DNA from: a virus
Lineage: Duplodnaviria; Caudoviricetes
Virus record (IMG/VR): IMGVR_UViG_3300044648_000344
Location: 1 to 38,541 of that record
DNA: 38,541 nt
Strand: one strand, 5' to 3'
Part shown: piece after piece, positions 36,597-38,541 of the stretch
How the letters are laid out: every line of letters begins with the position of its first letter
How positions within the stretch are numbered: position 1 is the first letter of the stretch
Notes under the pieces: generated by a model
Databases searched by the model: none
Told to the model about the DNA's origin: nothing
What the model saw: the letters and a program-made list of their open reading frames with translations, nothing else
Translations under genes and position numbers: made by a program

Positions 36597-36830
36597 ATGG
36601 CTAAAACGGCAATATTAAGCCCAACCGACCTGAGACTGAAGATCTCTAGACTTAAAGAGGGTGTTAAGGGGCGCATCGATTACACCACACTGTATGAGTA
36701 TGAATACGGAAAACAACCTGCAGATGTCATTAATAAAATAAGAATGGTGTGGAACCTACGTGATGTGGACGCTGAAATTACTGCACGACTTGAAAAGATC
36801 ATTAAGAAGTATAACAAACAAGCTGTATAA
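36597..36830 (+). CDS. Cro-position small protein
   Basis: First gene divergent from the repressor; start MAKTAIL (36597) or 36567. Confidence 0.55.
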   Translation: MAKTAILSPTDLRLKISRLKEGVKGRIDYTTLYEYEYGKQPADVINKIRMVWNLRDVDAEITARLEKIIKKYNKQAV

Positions 36831-36835
36831 AATTT

Positions 36836-37210
36836 ATGGGCTTAATACAACCGAAACCTTACAAGCAATTTGACCGAGCAACTGGTCAATGGAACATTGT
36901 AGTTCCACCTCCACAAGATTACAACCGACCTGAAAAAAGATCTGGATTAGTAAAAGAGGTTTTGAAACCAAAAGGAAGAATTACAGGACGTACATACACT
37001 TACGTTGGTAAATCTGACCGATACAAAAAAGTAAGTAAGTACAAAGGATCAGAAGGGTTGGTTTATAAAGCGAATTACTGCGATGGTCACACAAACGTCA
37101 CAGCTTACAAAACAGAAGAGGAAGCTGCACTAGCGGTAGATCAACACCTCATCAAGTTAGGAAAGGCTCCTATCAATATTTTAAAACCAGCTGCAGCATG
37201 TCAGAAGTAG
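36836..37210 (+). CDS. AP2-like domain protein
   Basis: YKANY...TAYKTEEEAALAVDQHLIKLG...IN. Confidence 0.55.
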   Translation: MGLIQPKPYKQFDRATGQWNIVVPPPQDYNRPEKRSGLVKEVLKPKGRITGRTYTYVGKSDRYKKVSKYKGSEGLVYKANYCDGHTNVTAYKTEEEAALAVDQHLIKLGKAPINILKPAAACQK

Positions 37211-37341
37211 AAATCAATGGTGGCTTATTTGCCTTCATCATCATCGCTGGATTATCTGCAGGGTTTTTCTTGATCACGATCATCATGATAGTAACGAAGT
37301 GGCAATCAAAAGAAGAAAGACACTGGAAAATTAAAGATTAA
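37198..37341 (+). CDS. small membrane protein (47 aa)
   Basis: GLFAFIIIAGLSAGFFLITIIMIV; TAATG-coupled to the next gene. Confidence 0.5.
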   Translation: MSEVEINGGLFAFIIIAGLSAGFFLITIIMIVTKWQSKEERHWKIKD

Positions 37342-37661
37342 TGGCAGATCATTTTTATAATACCGTTCCGGTTTCTGGTCAAACCGTAATGGCTCTCGAA
37401 GCAAGTAATAAAAGTTTAGAGGAGGCGATCATGCTATTCGTCTATGGCAGGTTTCCTGGTAGCAGCTTCACACCATATGAAGTACAAGAGAAATTACAGG
37501 AGCGGGGATTATTCAAAAAAGAAAGCTCAATACGTAGAGCCTTAACCAATCTTACTGATCCTGTTCTATGGGGATTCCTTTTCCAAACAGGAGAGAAGAG
37601 AGTGAATGTCAAATATAGTAACGTTCCCAATAACTGCTGGAAACAATACACATGGGCATAA
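37341..37661 (+). CDS. winged-helix-like protein
   Basis: FTPYEVQEKL...SSIRRALTNLT...GFLFQTGEKR. Confidence 0.55.
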   Translation: MADHFYNTVPVSGQTVMALEASNKSLEEAIMLFVYGRFPGSSFTPYEVQEKLQERGLFKKESSIRRALTNLTDPVLWGFLFQTGEKRVNVKYSNVPNNCWKQYTWA

Positions 37662-37725
37662 ATGGAATAATACTGTGTTTGCTGGCCGTTGTGGCATTAT
37701 TGATAAACATAAAAGATGTAAAAGC

Positions 37726-38151
37726 ATGATAGCATTAATGTCAACAGTTCAGTTTTCAGATGATTATGTCAGAGTTAATCAACAGCTACAAAAGCCTTAT
37801 AGAAAAGGTAAGGTTGTTGGATACGCATATGGTGGAGAGTTTGCAAAGGTGTTGTGGGATGGAAACTTAACACCAAGAAATTATCACATGGATTTATTGA
37901 AGCCACTTGAACCTGAAAACAGAATGAAGGAAGATCAAGGCTTCAGTTTCGCCACATTCAAGTCACCAGAATTGATTACACGAAAGGATATAGATGATCT
38001 ATTTGATCACCTACAAAGGATGAAAGAATATCAGAAATACATAAAAACACTTTCAATGAAGCCAACTGAACGCAACTGGCAAATAATACAGACCGATCGT
38101 GAAATCCAAAGGCTCGAAAATTATTTAGCAATAAAAGAAGAATTAGTATGA
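37726..38151 (+). CDS. hypothetical protein
   Basis: SH3-like GKVVG...KVLWDG segment; start uncertain. Confidence 0.45.
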   Translation: MIALMSTVQFSDDYVRVNQQLQKPYRKGKVVGYAYGGEFAKVLWDGNLTPRNYHMDLLKPLEPENRMKEDQGFSFATFKSPELITRKDIDDLFDHLQRMKEYQKYIKTLSMKPTERNWQIIQTDREIQRLENYLAIKEELV

Positions 38152-38541
38152 AAGATCAACTCACAGTATTAGGTGATTTATATGAAGATACAAAAGATCA
38201 CCTCAACGCGATAGATGTTCGTGTTCATGATGAGAACAAACTATTTAAAGTGTTTCAAAACTTAAGGGATATCAGAGATATCGCAGCTGTTAATGTTCCT
38301 AAAGGAAGGATTTACATCGCGGGTAAGATCGGAGGTTTACAGTACTCAGAGTACACATTAAAGTTTTCATTAGCAGAAATCGAACTATTAAAGAAGGGTT
38401 TTGAGACCGTTAGTCCTTTAACTCTACCTCATCAGCACGAAAGAAGTTGGAAGTCCTATATGAAGGAAGATTTGGAAGCGCTTAAATCATGTGATCACTT
38501 GTTTGCTCTTTCAAATTGGCAGGACAGCCGTGGTGCCAGAA
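38148..38541 (+). CDS. DUF4406 (nucleoside deoxyribosyltransferase-like) protein, truncated by the window end
   Basis: IYIAGKIGG...GFETVSP...WKSYMKEDLEALKSCDHLFALSNWQDSRGA. Confidence 0.85.
   Translation, partial: MKDQLTVLGDLYEDTKDHLNAIDVRVHDENKLFKVFQNLRDIRDIAAVNVPKGRIYIAGKIGGLQYSEYTLKFSLAEIELLKKGFETVSPLTLPHQHERSWKSYMKEDLEALKSCDHLFALSNWQDSRGAR

Noticed and set aside
4489-37651. Many ORF-track entries overlapping real genes (e.g. 6172-6819 +, 20898-22853 +, 24150-24455 +, 33937-34179 +)
   Set aside because: Antisense or alternate-frame shadows of well-supported genes with no motifs; 33937-34179 overlaps the candidate cos site

Overview
About 38.5 kb of a temperate, contractile-tailed phage, most likely infecting Bacteroidota (repeated TAnnTTTG/TTTG promoter boxes, AT-rich leaders with no obvious SD sequence, IntDOT-type integrase). 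Left to right: small + strand accessory genes including a RadC/JAB-XRE cassette; a minus-strand lysis module; a lambda-like head module (portal, gpW-like, ClpP protease, decoration D, major capsid E); a Mu/P2-like tail and baseplate module; a + strand island of 5 glycosyltransferase-like and 2 methyltransferase genes divergent from the tail sheath gene; lambda-type terminase genes with a candidate cos site; then a lipoprotein, integrase, tRNA-derived attP, repressor/Cro switch and early genes. Phage sequence continues on both sides of attP and cos, so this looks like an excised or circular genome. The most notable signals are (i) a soluble glycosylation/methylation operon that shares a 26-bp palindromic operator with the capsid and tail promoters, suggesting virion glycosylation, (ii) an antisense ribbon-helix-helix gene beside that operator, (iii) a second 24-bp motif found three times at packaging-gene starts, and (iv) a cosQ-cosN-cosB-like site. 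All product calls come from motif recognition by eye; no database searches were run.
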